Shown in pieces: positions 35,830 through 45,246 of a stretch of DNA of 64,000 nt. The stretch's first letter is position 1; each line of letters opens with the position of its first letter. The position numbers were made by a program, and so were the translations under genes. The notes under the pieces were generated by a model. The model was not told where the DNA came from and ran no database searches. It worked only from the letters and a program-made list of their open reading frames with translations. The stretch is from a virus: the IMG/VR virus record IMGVR_UViG_3300012347_000193, positions 1 through 64,000 of that record; one strand, 5' to 3'.

Positions 35830-36839
35830 AGGTTGTTGTAAATCTCTAGCAAAATCTTTTTGTCGAATGTATTTGATTCAATACTGTTAATCTGGTCAAT
35901 GACAATCTGGTCAACTGACTCAAACTTTAAGCTACCTGAGCCTTCGACTTCAACGTGGTCTACCTTCATAGGGATAAGAGCCATTTCACGTAGTTTGTGT
36001 TCGGGTATCATAGTTTCACGTATAAAGTTTGCTTCTTCGTAGCTAATATCAATGTCAAGATGTACTCTAACATGACTGTCGGGCAATAGCAAGCCAGCTG
36101 GGTTTTCTAAAATATCAGATAGTTTGTAGACACGATATAAGGGTTGACCTGGCCAACTGCGAAACTCTGGGTCTTTGTCCCACTCTAAAATCATCATGCC
36201 ACGAGCATCATCGCCTGCGTCAGCATAGTTGTGAGGGAAAGCGTTACCAATGTACCAAACGTTTTTCTTTGCTTGACGTTTATGGAAGTGACCTGAGAAT
36301 ACCATTTCAAAACCCACTAAGTGTTCTGTATTGATTTCACCATGGTCTGGCATTTCTACCATAGCATTCATGTGAAAAGTGGGTAGCTCAAAATGCCCGA
36401 ACAAATACTTGCCCTTCATTGTTTTGAGTTTTTTATAATCTTCCTGTACGAGCCAGGGAGCAATAACTACGTTGCCCTCTGTATGAAAGTCATTAATGAT
36501 TTTAACATTCGGGAGGTGTTTCGCCCATTCCACAGAATGTATATCGCGGCGGTCACGATAGTACAAATCGTGATTGCCAGGGATAAAGTAGACAGTATCA
36601 AATGCAGCATTTAACTTCTCCAATGCTTGTAAGCCAAATTGTAATGTGTGAATGTTGATGCTTGCTCTGTGATGATTGAAATCACCTAGAAACAAACATG
36701 TCTCACAGTTTTCTTTCTTAGCCTCACTAATGAACCAATCTACGAAATTGGAACAGTCTTGGTTGTGAACTAAGCTGTTTGACTTTAAGCCAAAGTGAAT
36801 GTCCGTGAAAACGGCAGCTTTTTTAAATAGGTTACTCAT
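35826..36839 (-). CDS. gp47: Recombination nuclease, gp47/Mre11/SbcD-like
   Basis: DIHFG, LGD, GNHD, GHFE, SGHFH metallophosphoesterase motifs; ATGA overlap with gp46. Confidence 0.95.
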   Translation of the reverse strand: MSNLFKKAAVFTDIHFGLKSNSLVHNQDCSNFVDWFISEAKKENCETCLFLGDFNHHRASINIHTLQFGLQALEKLNAAFDTVYFIPGNHDLYYRDRRDIHSVEWAKHLPNVKIINDFHTEGNVVIAPWLVQEDYKKLKTMKGKYLFGHFELPTFHMNAMVEMPDHGEINTEHLVGFEMVFSGHFHKRQAKKNVWYIGNAFPHNYADAGDDARGMMILEWDKDPEFRSWPGQPLYRVYKLSDILENPAGLLLPDSHVRVHLDIDISYEEANFIRETMIPEHKLREMALIPMKVDHVEVEGSGSLKFESVDQIVIDQINSIESNTFDKKILLEIYNNL

Positions 36840-36846
36840 AAACGTT

Positions 36847-36883
36847 AGTATACAGGAAGAGGGGCTGCAAAAGCAACCCCTCT
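36847..36883 (-). promoter_or_regulatory. 11-bp hairpin overlapping a sigma70-like promoter for gp47
   Basis: Minus strand AGAGGGGTTGC-TTTT-GCAGCCCCTCT; TTGCTT-N18-TATACT. Confidence 0.5.
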
Positions 36884-36890
36884 GGTTAAA

Positions 36891-37790
36891 TTATTCTTCG
36901 TAAGTTGTGCTTGATGTGCCCTGGCGCGACCAGCTTGGGTTTAAGCCATTCATTTCTAAAATATCGTCACGAATGTTTTGGTTACGTTTTTCGGAATTTA
37001 GAACACGGCAGAAGCTGTTAGTGATAGCAGCCGTGTAGTATGCGAATGGATTAGCTGATTTGGCTTCGTTGAATCGTAGACCTACATATGTTAACTGTAG
37101 AATGGCTGAGTTGCGCATTTCATCGTTGTAAGTGTAGCCACGCCAATTGAACTTCATTGCGTATTTCTCACACATCATAATGTACATACGGGCAAGTTTG
37201 TTTGTAATCTGCCCATGATCCTTAGAGAACTCTCCGTTTTCTAATGAACCCTTCCAATGACTCTTCCCGATACAACGGGCAGTGTTTGTTTCGTCAAATC
37301 TAAAGTGCTGGAATGGCGGGAAATTAACTTTTACGTGGACCATGTCGTCAACTTCACCTTTGGTTGTGTGGTCTTCTAAATCAGCAAAAATCTCTTCACC
37401 GTCACCATCAAAGTCAAAAATATCTTTAGCAGTTTTTTTCTTGTCAGTTTTGCGCGGAGCCTTCGGCGCAACTGGAATATGGTCCCAAGTCATAACTCTA
37501 AACACTAAATCGGTGACAGGTATAGAATCTGGACTAACTGAGTCTTTCTCGCCTGCTTCTAAACTTAATCGAGTAGCTCTAGTTTCTTTTGCTTCTTGTA
37601 TTACTGCAGGACTTAGGGCATGTGCAAGGCTGTTTTCGATAGACTCTGTGGGCATGTCTACGATGAAGTCATATCTATGGTCAGTTGGTGTTAAAAATGA
37701 GCAATAATGCGTCTTGCTAGTGTGTATTTCTTTCAGAATATCTTTGTTGTTTAGATAGTTTACTGGTTTCTTGTGGGGTATTAGGGACAT
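36891..37790 (-). CDS. gp55: Late-transcription sigma factor, gp55-like, with large insertion
   Basis: NYLNNKD.L, NW.GYTY.DEM, F...KS.NPFAYYT....NSF...L..EK; directly upstream of gp47/gp46. Confidence 0.9.
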   Translation of the reverse strand: MSLIPHKKPVNYLNNKDILKEIHTSKTHYCSFLTPTDHRYDFIVDMPTESIENSLAHALSPAVIQEAKETRATRLSLEAGEKDSVSPDSIPVTDLVFRVMTWDHIPVAPKAPRKTDKKKTAKDIFDFDGDGEEIFADLEDHTTKGEVDDMVHVKVNFPPFQHFRFDETNTARCIGKSHWKGSLENGEFSKDHGQITNKLARMYIMMCEKYAMKFNWRGYTYNDEMRNSAILQLTYVGLRFNEAKSANPFAYYTAAITNSFCRVLNSEKRNQNIRDDILEMNGLNPSWSRQGTSSTTYEE

Positions 37791-37815
37791 AGTTCTCCGT
37801 TATTATGTTATGAAG

Positions 37816-37844
37816 ATTATAACACTTTTGTATTCAAAATACAA
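37816..37844 (-). promoter_or_regulatory. Sigma70-type promoter for gp55
   Basis: TTGTAT-N17-TATAAT with extended -10 TG; GGAG SD downstream. Confidence 0.7.
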
Positions 37845-37879
37845 CGTTTTACGGTAAAAATGGGTGTTTTTTTATGCGA

Positions 37880-37891
37880 TAAATATATTTA
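37880..37891. promoter_or_regulatory. Palindromic pair of late boxes
   Basis: TAAATATATTTA gives TAAATA on both strands. Confidence 0.55.
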
Positions 37892-37908
37892 GTAAAGGTA
37901 TAATCACT

Positions 37909-39261
37909 ATGGCACTAGATACGGAATCGCTATTAACAGAAAAAGCTAGGCTTGAAAAACAAATTAAACAAGCTGAACTTGAAATCAGCTACAACGGTGG
38001 ACTCGCCCAACTAAGCACCATCAACCCTAACAGTCCTACTGCCACCTCATTACGTGATTCAAAGGCGAGACTTGATTCTTCTACTTCTTACCTAGACACA
38101 ATTAACGAAAAGTTAGCTGCCTCAGAAACAAGTAGTACAGCACAACAATCAACGACCACACAAGAAAATACCCCATTATCTGAGCCTAAAGTAGTCGATG
38201 TTACTTCACAGCCTCCGGTTGTTCCGGTAGAAGCCGGCACACCGGCTGAGAAAGCAACTCCCACTGAAGAAGATCCAATGGCTGCAGCCATCGCTGCAAA
38301 TCAAGCAACCAATGAAGAAGAAAGTCCAACTGAACAAAAAGTAATTGACTCATCATCGGATGCAAAAATGTCACAGGAAGAACAGGGGCAGTTACGTGAG
38401 TACCAAGAGACTCAACGTGCTAAACTAAAAGCAGAAGAATCTATTGTACCTCCTAAGGCTACCCCTACCATCGATGTAGTAGCAAGTAGACCTAAAGATT
38501 GGCGAGTTAGAATGAGTCTTGCACCGTCCGCTGATTATCTATATAACGTTGCAAAAGAAGGGGACCTTTTATTCCCATTGCAAAAAACTCGTGGGGTCAT
38601 CTTTCCCTATGTGCCTACGGTACAAACAGGTTATAGAGCAAACTACGAACCGGCTGATATCGCACACACTAACTATAAAAGTTATTTCTACAAAAACAGT
38701 AGCGTTGATGACGTGTCAGTAACTGCGGAATTTACAGCGCAGGATATCACCGAAGCAAGATATTTACTAGCAGTGATACATTTTTTCAAGTCTGTGACTA
38801 AAATGTTTTACGGGCAAGATAAAGCACCTGTAGCGGGAACTCCTCCTCCGCTAGTATATTTGAGCGGCTTTGGGTCATATCAATATGACAATCACCCAAT
38901 GGTCATAACATCATTCACCTACTCTCTTCCCAACGATGTAGACTACATTAGAACTGAATCAACTAGTATATATAAGTCATCTAGTGGTACTACAACAAGT
39001 AAAACTGGAAGTTCTAGTATATTAGATACTATAAAGTCACGCTTGGGAATATTAAAGAAGGGTGGTGGCACGAACTCAACTGTACCTGATTACTCATATC
39101 TTTCAAGCAGCGAAGTAACATACGTACCTACTAAACTTCAAATCACACTAACAGGTCATCCTATCGTTACTCGTAGAGAAATTAGTCAACAATTTAGTTT
39201 AGCAGAGTATGCAAAAGGAACACTGAATAAGGGTTCAACTAGAGGAAGCGGAATATGGTAA
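37909..39261 (+). CDS. Baseplate/tail-tube initiator-like protein (gp54/gp48-like; start revised to MALDTE)
   Basis: GVIFPY.P...Y.ANY...HTNY, G.PPP.VYL.GFG, ITSF.Y.LPNDVDY; first gene of baseplate operon. Confidence 0.55.
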   Translation: MALDTESLLTEKARLEKQIKQAELEISYNGGLAQLSTINPNSPTATSLRDSKARLDSSTSYLDTINEKLAASETSSTAQQSTTTQENTPLSEPKVVDVTSQPPVVPVEAGTPAEKATPTEEDPMAAAIAANQATNEEESPTEQKVIDSSSDAKMSQEEQGQLREYQETQRAKLKAEESIVPPKATPTIDVVASRPKDWRVRMSLAPSADYLYNVAKEGDLLFPLQKTRGVIFPYVPTVQTGYRANYEPADIAHTNYKSYFYKNSSVDDVSVTAEFTAQDITEARYLLAVIHFFKSVTKMFYGQDKAPVAGTPPPLVYLSGFGSYQYDNHPMVITSFTYSLPNDVDYIRTESTSIYKSSSGTTTSKTGSSSILDTIKSRLGILKKGGGTNSTVPDYSYLSSSEVTYVPTKLQITLTGHPIVTRREISQQFSLAEYAKGTLNKGSTRGSGIW

Positions 39262-39557
39262 CTTATCCACAATCAAGCCCTTACGGGACTACGCAGGTCT
39301 ATAACAACAGTTTCTTAGACTTAATGAACAACAGACCTATACCACCTAACCTAGATGATACTGTTTGGGAAATAACTCAAACGTATCACCTCCGTCCGGA
39401 CCTATTAGCATATGATTTGTATGACGATAGTAGACTTTGGTGGGTGTTTGCACAGCGTAATCCAAACAAGATTCAAGACCCGTTGTTTGACTTTGTTGCC
39501 GGCACGACTATATTCATTCCGCAGATTCAAACTTTAAAAGATAGTTTAGGAATATAA
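39255..39557 (+). CDS. Baseplate wedge LysM-like protein, gp53-like
   Basis: RPDLLAYDLYDD.RLWWVF..RN. Confidence 0.75.
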   Translation: MVTYPQSSPYGTTQVYNNSFLDLMNNRPIPPNLDDTVWEITQTYHLRPDLLAYDLYDDSRLWWVFAQRNPNKIQDPLFDFVAGTTIFIPQIQTLKDSLGI

Positions 39558-39558
39558 C

Positions 39559-42069
39559 ATGGGATCAGATGCATTAGGTAATTGGATTCCAGATGATGAC
39601 TCACGTAACGATGTTAGTACACCTACCATCGATGCGCAAATCGCCGAAACACAGACTCAACTTAATAAATTAAAAGAAAGCATTAGGATAGCTAAACAGA
39701 GTTTAGCAAATATCGATCCTAAGTACGAATCAAACAAAGCGTACATTGCTAAACTTAACACAACGATTGAAACTGACCAAAAAGCATATGATTCGCTAGA
39801 GGGAAAACTATCGTCCCTAAAAAAGCAAAAAGAAAATGCAACAAAGAAGCCAGCAGCAACAACTAACAAAAACAAACAAGCAGTTGCATCAGATGACGCA
39901 TTACAAAAAGAACAACCAGTAACCGGTGAAGTAAAGAAAAACACTAAGAATAGAACATGGAACCCATTGGGTAAATTTTCAAGCTACACATATAAACTTA
40001 GTTTGTATATGTTGTCAGGTGATGCGATAAGCAACCATAATAAAACCGGTGTCTGGAATACTAAGCAGATGGAATTAGTCGCACAAAGTGCAGGTGTCAA
40101 TGACAAAGTAGATAGCCCGAGAGCAGCCGGATTTGATTATGACTTCTATATTGACAACTTGCAGATAACTAATCAAATTGGCGCAGCCGCCGCTCAATTT
40201 TCAGGTACTACGACTGACGTTTTCTTTGAAATATATGAACCATATGGAATGACCTTCCCCTCAAGATTATTGAGTGCGGCTCAAGCAATTGATGCTAAAA
40301 GTAATAGTAAGATGGGTGCCGCTACTCAAATCGGAGAAGCAATGTCTCATTATTATTTGATAGTTATCCGCTTCTTTGGATATGACGAAAAGGGGGCAGT
40401 GGTAACTGCTTCAAAACCCACTGTAGGTGATAATGCTAAAACAGATAATCTTGGATCGTTTGAACGAGCTATACCTATTGGGATTACTGAATTTAAAACT
40501 AGATTAGATAATAAGATTGTCAAGTACCAAATTAAAGCGACACCGCATCCTGAACTCGCCGCGCTTAGTATGTTCACTGGTGTAGTTAATGAACAAGTTA
40601 ATATTGCAGGCGACTCTGTTAGTGATGTACTATCAACTGGCGTAACTAGTTTGCAATCTATATTAAACGAAAAAGAAGAAGCTCTAGTTAAGTCTGGTAA
40701 AAAGAAAATAGCAAACAAGTATAAGATTGTATTTGAAGAACTCTCTGGGATTGAGTCTGCTTTATTAGTAGACAAGAATCATTATGTACCTGGACAAACT
40801 CCTATCTCTGGTTTACCTGGACCGGTTAACGTGAGAGTCGCTGAAAGTGGTAAAGGTGCTACTGTTAGTAAACAAAAGAGAACTATACAAGTTCCGGCAC
40901 ATACTCCTATCCCTCAAATCATTGAACAAGTTATTAGTCAAAGCACGTTTATCTCAGATTGTCTATCTATCATTAACAAAGAAGAAACACAACCGGTAAC
41001 AGAAAACGCTAAAACGTTCTCAACAAACCCCTCTCCTCAAATATTCAATTGGTTTACGATTGTCCCGCAAATTACACTCTTAGGAAAAGACACTGATACT
41101 AAGACTGACGCTTTTGAAATCACATATTTCGTTGTGAAGAAATCTATGCCTTTTATCAGGTCACCGTATATACCTAAGACAGACTCTTATCCGGGTCCTC
41201 ATAAAATTTATAATTACTGGTATACTGGTCAGAACGAGGGAGTGCTCTCGTTAGAAATCTCATATAATAATTTATATGCTTCCACTGCATCATTGTTTAG
41301 TGATGGCTTTGTAAAAAACGAAGATACTGCTCCTGTGAGATTAGTAGCTGCTTCTAGTAGTGCCACACCAGGCGTCACTCCAGGTACATCAGAAGAAGTA
41401 GCATCATTCAAGTCTTGGTTATATGCGCCGGGTGACCAGCAAACTGCAAATATGAAAATATTAGGCGACCCTGACTTTTTATTCACAGCACAGTATGGTA
41501 CCTTTGATGAAATGACTAGTACCTCAGTATCTGATGAGGCTCCTATCAACCCACTAGATGGACAAGTATTCATTGAAGTTGACATGCGCTCCGTCAATGA
41601 CTATTCTAACAAAACGGGAGTTATGAAACCAGAAAAGAATCTAATCTTCTGGAACTACACCGAGAGTATGCAGAAACAAACTGAAGGTAGAATGCTCTAC
41701 ATGATTTCTACAGTTAAGAGTAAATTTGTTAGAGGACAATTCACTCAAGAATTTCCTGAAATGACTATCCCTAACGTTTCAGTAAACGGCGATAAAACTT
41801 CTCCAAACGGTGAAACTCAACGTGAAGGTAGTGCTACTGCTAAGTCTACACCGACACAAGCAGACGTTAGAAAAATTGATAATAAAACTGTTAAACCTAC
41901 ACAAGTCGCAGAAGATGATAATTCATATGACGCAATGGGAAATTATCAAGGAATACCGTCGTCTACTAGTTATGCATCAGACACTAAACGAGAAACACCG
42001 GTATCACGCGGGCGTGGGTCAACACGCACCTACGAGACAACAAACAAAACTAGAATTTTAGGTAAATAA
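39559..42069 (+). CDS. Baseplate hub protein, gp27-like
   Basis: Between gp53-like and gp5-like genes; I.EPYG motif, M.ILGDP and S.F..GQFTQ hub-type C-terminal motifs. Confidence 0.55.
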   Translation: MGSDALGNWIPDDDSRNDVSTPTIDAQIAETQTQLNKLKESIRIAKQSLANIDPKYESNKAYIAKLNTTIETDQKAYDSLEGKLSSLKKQKENATKKPAATTNKNKQAVASDDALQKEQPVTGEVKKNTKNRTWNPLGKFSSYTYKLSLYMLSGDAISNHNKTGVWNTKQMELVAQSAGVNDKVDSPRAAGFDYDFYIDNLQITNQIGAAAAQFSGTTTDVFFEIYEPYGMTFPSRLLSAAQAIDAKSNSKMGAATQIGEAMSHYYLIVIRFFGYDEKGAVVTASKPTVGDNAKTDNLGSFERAIPIGITEFKTRLDNKIVKYQIKATPHPELAALSMFTGVVNEQVNIAGDSVSDVLSTGVTSLQSILNEKEEALVKSGKKKIANKYKIVFEELSGIESALLVDKNHYVPGQTPISGLPGPVNVRVAESGKGATVSKQKRTIQVPAHTPIPQIIEQVISQSTFISDCLSIINKEETQPVTENAKTFSTNPSPQIFNWFTIVPQITLLGKDTDTKTDAFEITYFVVKKSMPFIRSPYIPKTDSYPGPHKIYNYWYTGQNEGVLSLEISYNNLYASTASLFSDGFVKNEDTAPVRLVAASSSATPGVTPGTSEEVASFKSWLYAPGDQQTANMKILGDPDFLFTAQYGTFDEMTSTSVSDEAPINPLDGQVFIEVDMRSVNDYSNKTGVMKPEKNLIFWNYTESMQKQTEGRMLYMISTVKSKFVRGQFTQEFPEMTIPNVSVNGDKTSPNGETQREGSATAKSTPTQADVRKIDNKTVKPTQVAEDDNSYDAMGNYQGIPSSTSYASDTKRETPVSRGRGSTRTYETTNKTRILGK

Positions 42070-42071
42070 AC

Positions 42072-45000
42072 ATGGAAGATAATTTATCAGGCAAAGGCCC
42101 CGCAAGTGATTTTAGTGATAGCAAAGGTGGCGCTTCGTTATTAACTACTCCGGTTAAAGGTATTGTTAAAAACAATATTGACTCGACCCGCTCTGGGCGA
42201 ATTCAAGTTTTCATTAACAAATATAAAGGCAACAACCCGGATGATACTAACAGTTGGTTAAAGGTTGATTACCTAAGTCCCTTCTTTGGTTACACCCCTA
42301 ACACAGGCAGCCCCGACTCAAACGGCACGTATTCCGGTAACCCTAACAGCTATGGCTTCTGGGCAACACCCCCTGACATAGGTACGGAAGTACTATGTGT
42401 ATTCGAAAACGGTGATCCAAACTTTGGATACTACATTGGTAGCATTGTTAAACCCGGACTGAATCACATGGTTCCTGCAATAGGTTCTACTGATAAAATT
42501 ATTGCAAATGAAAGTGAAGCTGATGCATACGGCGGGGCAACTCGCTTACCTGCAGCAGAGTTCAACAACGCAAATGAATCACAAAGCGGCTCACCTGATT
42601 TATCTAATCAACCTAGACCAATACATAGCTACCAAGCAGCTATCTTAAATAAGCAAGGTTTGTTGCGTGATCCTGATAGAGGAACGATTGGATCAAGCAG
42701 TGTACGTGAAACTCCTAGTAGAGTATTCGGTATCAGTACACCAGGACGTCCTATCTATGGTGGCGGGTACGATGACATTTCTATTAAAGAAGCAGTAAAA
42801 GATACATCAGTACCGGATAGTAATTTTAAAGTAACCGGTCGCTTGGGTGGACATACGTTAGTAATGGATGACGGCGACTTACAAGGTCGAGACCAATTAC
42901 TTCGGTTGAGAACCGCTGCAGGTCATATGATTATGATGAACGATAGTGTAGGTGCAGTTTACATCGTTCATTCTAGTGGTCAAAGTTACATTGAGTTGGG
43001 TAAAGAAGGTACGATTGACATGTACTCAACCAACTCAGTCAACATACGCACACAGGGAGATTTAAACCTTCATGCAGACAACAACATGAACATTCATGTT
43101 GCAAAAGATTTAAGTATTCGTGCTGAAAATATCAAATTAGAAAGTACTAAAGAAACTTCTCAATTAGTTGGAACAAATTTAAAACAGCATGTTAAGGGCA
43201 ATCACACTGATAAAGTGGATGGTATGTTGTCTCTAGCATCTGCCGGCGACGGAAGTCTTAATGCCGGTGGCAATGCATTTATCAATGGTAAAAATGTAAA
43301 CTTAAACACAGGTGCAACATCACTTACTCCTGAAGTCGTATCTCCTCTAGTGTTAAACAAAATGAGTGACACATTGTATGATGAGAAAAAGGGGTATGCA
43401 TCAGCTCCCGGTAAACTCGAAAGTATTGCAAGCCGTGCCCCTGCGCACAGCCCATGGGAAGAAGCAGGCAAAGGCGTTGATGTTAAAGTTAATATGTCAG
43501 CATCAGCTAATTTACCTAGCGCACCTTCGCCGTCAGTGTCAGCAGCAAATGCAGCAGCTCCTGCATCTCCGGATGCATCTACAAGTCCTGCATTAACCGC
43601 AACTGTTCCGTCAGTTGCATCAGCTTCTCCGGCATTAGATAAAGCAACAACCGGAGCTATGGTGTCACAAATGGCAGTTAACGCAGCTACTGGACCAGCA
43701 GCCGATGCAGTGAAATCTGCGGCAGGTGTTGCAACAGTTGACGGAGTAAAAACTGCATCATTGGGCGCAATGGCAATGTCACCACAACAACTTGAAACTG
43801 CAGGGTATATTAAGCCCGGCGCAGGAGCCGCAATTGACGCAGCTATTCAAGGTGGTAAGAAACTAGAAGAAGCTATTCCGCCTAACATGATGACAGGTAA
43901 AGATGGCGTTAACACAGTATCAGATTTTGTAAAAAGTGTTTCAACTCAAACTAAAGCAGCTAGTGACTTGTTAGGCAAGGCATCTGACGGATTAAAGTCT
44001 GCTGGAATCATAACTGGTAAAGAAAGTCCTACTCAAACTGGTGGATTGATTATGGCAGCAGCTAGTGCAGGCGTCGGTGCAGTGGCTGGATTTATAAAGT
44101 CAGCGATGCCATCAACTGCTGGCATAACGTCAATTGCATCAGGCTTGGGATTAAATGCTTCTAAGATTCCTAATCCATTAGGAGGCGACATTGGTAAGCA
44201 GATTGCTAGTGGTAATTTTGCTAGCGGTCTTGCAGACAAAGCGTTGAGCGGCTTGGGAGGCTTAGGGGATAGTCTCAAGAGTGGATTAAACTCTGCAAAA
44301 GGAGCAGCGGCTGCGGCGTTTGATTCTGTAGTGTCTAAATTTAAATCATTTAAGGCAGGAGTCCCTATTAGTCTATCAGCAGAGAAGGCAAAAGTAGATG
44401 CAGAGAGTTCAGGATCGATGCTTGATTCTATCAAGTCTGGCGCCTCTGGTCTAATGAATAAAGCATCGTCAATGGCATCTGGTGCTGGATTAAAACTTCC
44501 AACATCGTTGACAAGTTTAACTTCAGGTCAAGGACTAAACTTAACTAGTGTTCTCAATGCTGCCAAATCATTGGGAGTACCTTCGAATATAACTGGTTCC
44601 ATCGCACTAGGTGGCTCACTGGTAAGTGGAGCTTCGTCACTATTAAGTAAAGTATCAGGCTCAAATCCATTATCATCTATGTCTACTGAATTGTCTGGTG
44701 GCAAACTAGCTGTACCTGGACTAAGTGAAATTGGTGATAAAGTCAAGGGATTAGCGAGTAACATTACGGGTGGTTCTGCATCTGATATCATGGGGAAAGC
44801 AAAGAGTTTACTAGGTGGTGGCGCAACACCGGACGGGCTAATGAAGATGGCTACTGCTGCCTTAGGCGGAGCATTGCCACCGGCTCTTAAAGGAGCATTA
44901 GGCTCGCTGGGCACAGGCGGCGGCATGGGAATTAAGTTGCCTACTATTTCAATCGGTGGCTTCGACTCTGGCGCTATCGCAGCACAAAGTAAAGCATTGT

Positions 45001-45233
45001 TGGGTGATCCTAAGATTCCTGCACTAAAATTTGGAGATGCTCCCCCTCTATTAGATTCTTCAGAGATGCTTAGAATATCAAGAGCTAGAACAGCAGCCTC
45101 GGATAAAGCACTTGCGGCTCAGGAAGTGTATGAAAAATCATTGGCTAAAACTGGTAGTAGAATTGATCCTGCTACATCGGCTGCGTTTGCAGAGTGGAAG
45201 CAAGCAATTGCTGATATAGACAAAGTAGCATAA
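42072..45233 (+). CDS. Central spike protein, gp5/VgrG-like, with long C-terminal extension
   Basis: OB-fold G.VKNN.D.TRSGRIQV...PPD.GTEV, GH...MDD, beta-helix repeats, RAP.H.PW; Ala/Gly/Ser-rich tail. Confidence 0.75.
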   Translation: MEDNLSGKGPASDFSDSKGGASLLTTPVKGIVKNNIDSTRSGRIQVFINKYKGNNPDDTNSWLKVDYLSPFFGYTPNTGSPDSNGTYSGNPNSYGFWATPPDIGTEVLCVFENGDPNFGYYIGSIVKPGLNHMVPAIGSTDKIIANESEADAYGGATRLPAAEFNNANESQSGSPDLSNQPRPIHSYQAAILNKQGLLRDPDRGTIGSSSVRETPSRVFGISTPGRPIYGGGYDDISIKEAVKDTSVPDSNFKVTGRLGGHTLVMDDGDLQGRDQLLRLRTAAGHMIMMNDSVGAVYIVHSSGQSYIELGKEGTIDMYSTNSVNIRTQGDLNLHADNNMNIHVAKDLSIRAENIKLESTKETSQLVGTNLKQHVKGNHTDKVDGMLSLASAGDGSLNAGGNAFINGKNVNLNTGATSLTPEVVSPLVLNKMSDTLYDEKKGYASAPGKLESIASRAPAHSPWEEAGKGVDVKVNMSASANLPSAPSPSVSAANAAAPASPDASTSPALTATVPSVASASPALDKATTGAMVSQMAVNAATGPAADAVKSAAGVATVDGVKTASLGAMAMSPQQLETAGYIKPGAGAAIDAAIQGGKKLEEAIPPNMMTGKDGVNTVSDFVKSVSTQTKAASDLLGKASDGLKSAGIITGKESPTQTGGLIMAAASAGVGAVAGFIKSAMPSTAGITSIASGLGLNASKIPNPLGGDIGKQIASGNFASGLADKALSGLGGLGDSLKSGLNSAKGAAAAAFDSVVSKFKSFKAGVPISLSAEKAKVDAESSGSMLDSIKSGASGLMNKASSMASGAGLKLPTSLTSLTSGQGLNLTSVLNAAKSLGVPSNITGSIALGGSLVSGASSLLSKVSGSNPLSSMSTELSGGKLAVPGLSEIGDKVKGLASNITGGSASDIMGKAKSLLGGGATPDGLMKMATAALGGALPPALKGALGSLGTGGGMGIKLPTISIGGFDSGAIAAQSKALLGDPKIPALKFGDAPPLLDSSEMLRISRARTAASDKALAAQEVYEKSLAKTGSRIDPATSAAFAEWKQAIADIDKVA

Positions 45234-45246
45234 GATAAATATTATT

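Noticed and set aside
22314-37908. Longer ORF-track starts at 22379, 27083, 31519 and 37864
   Set aside because: These extensions run through late promoter boxes or leaders; downstream ATGs have an SD, paralog alignment or promoter spacing support
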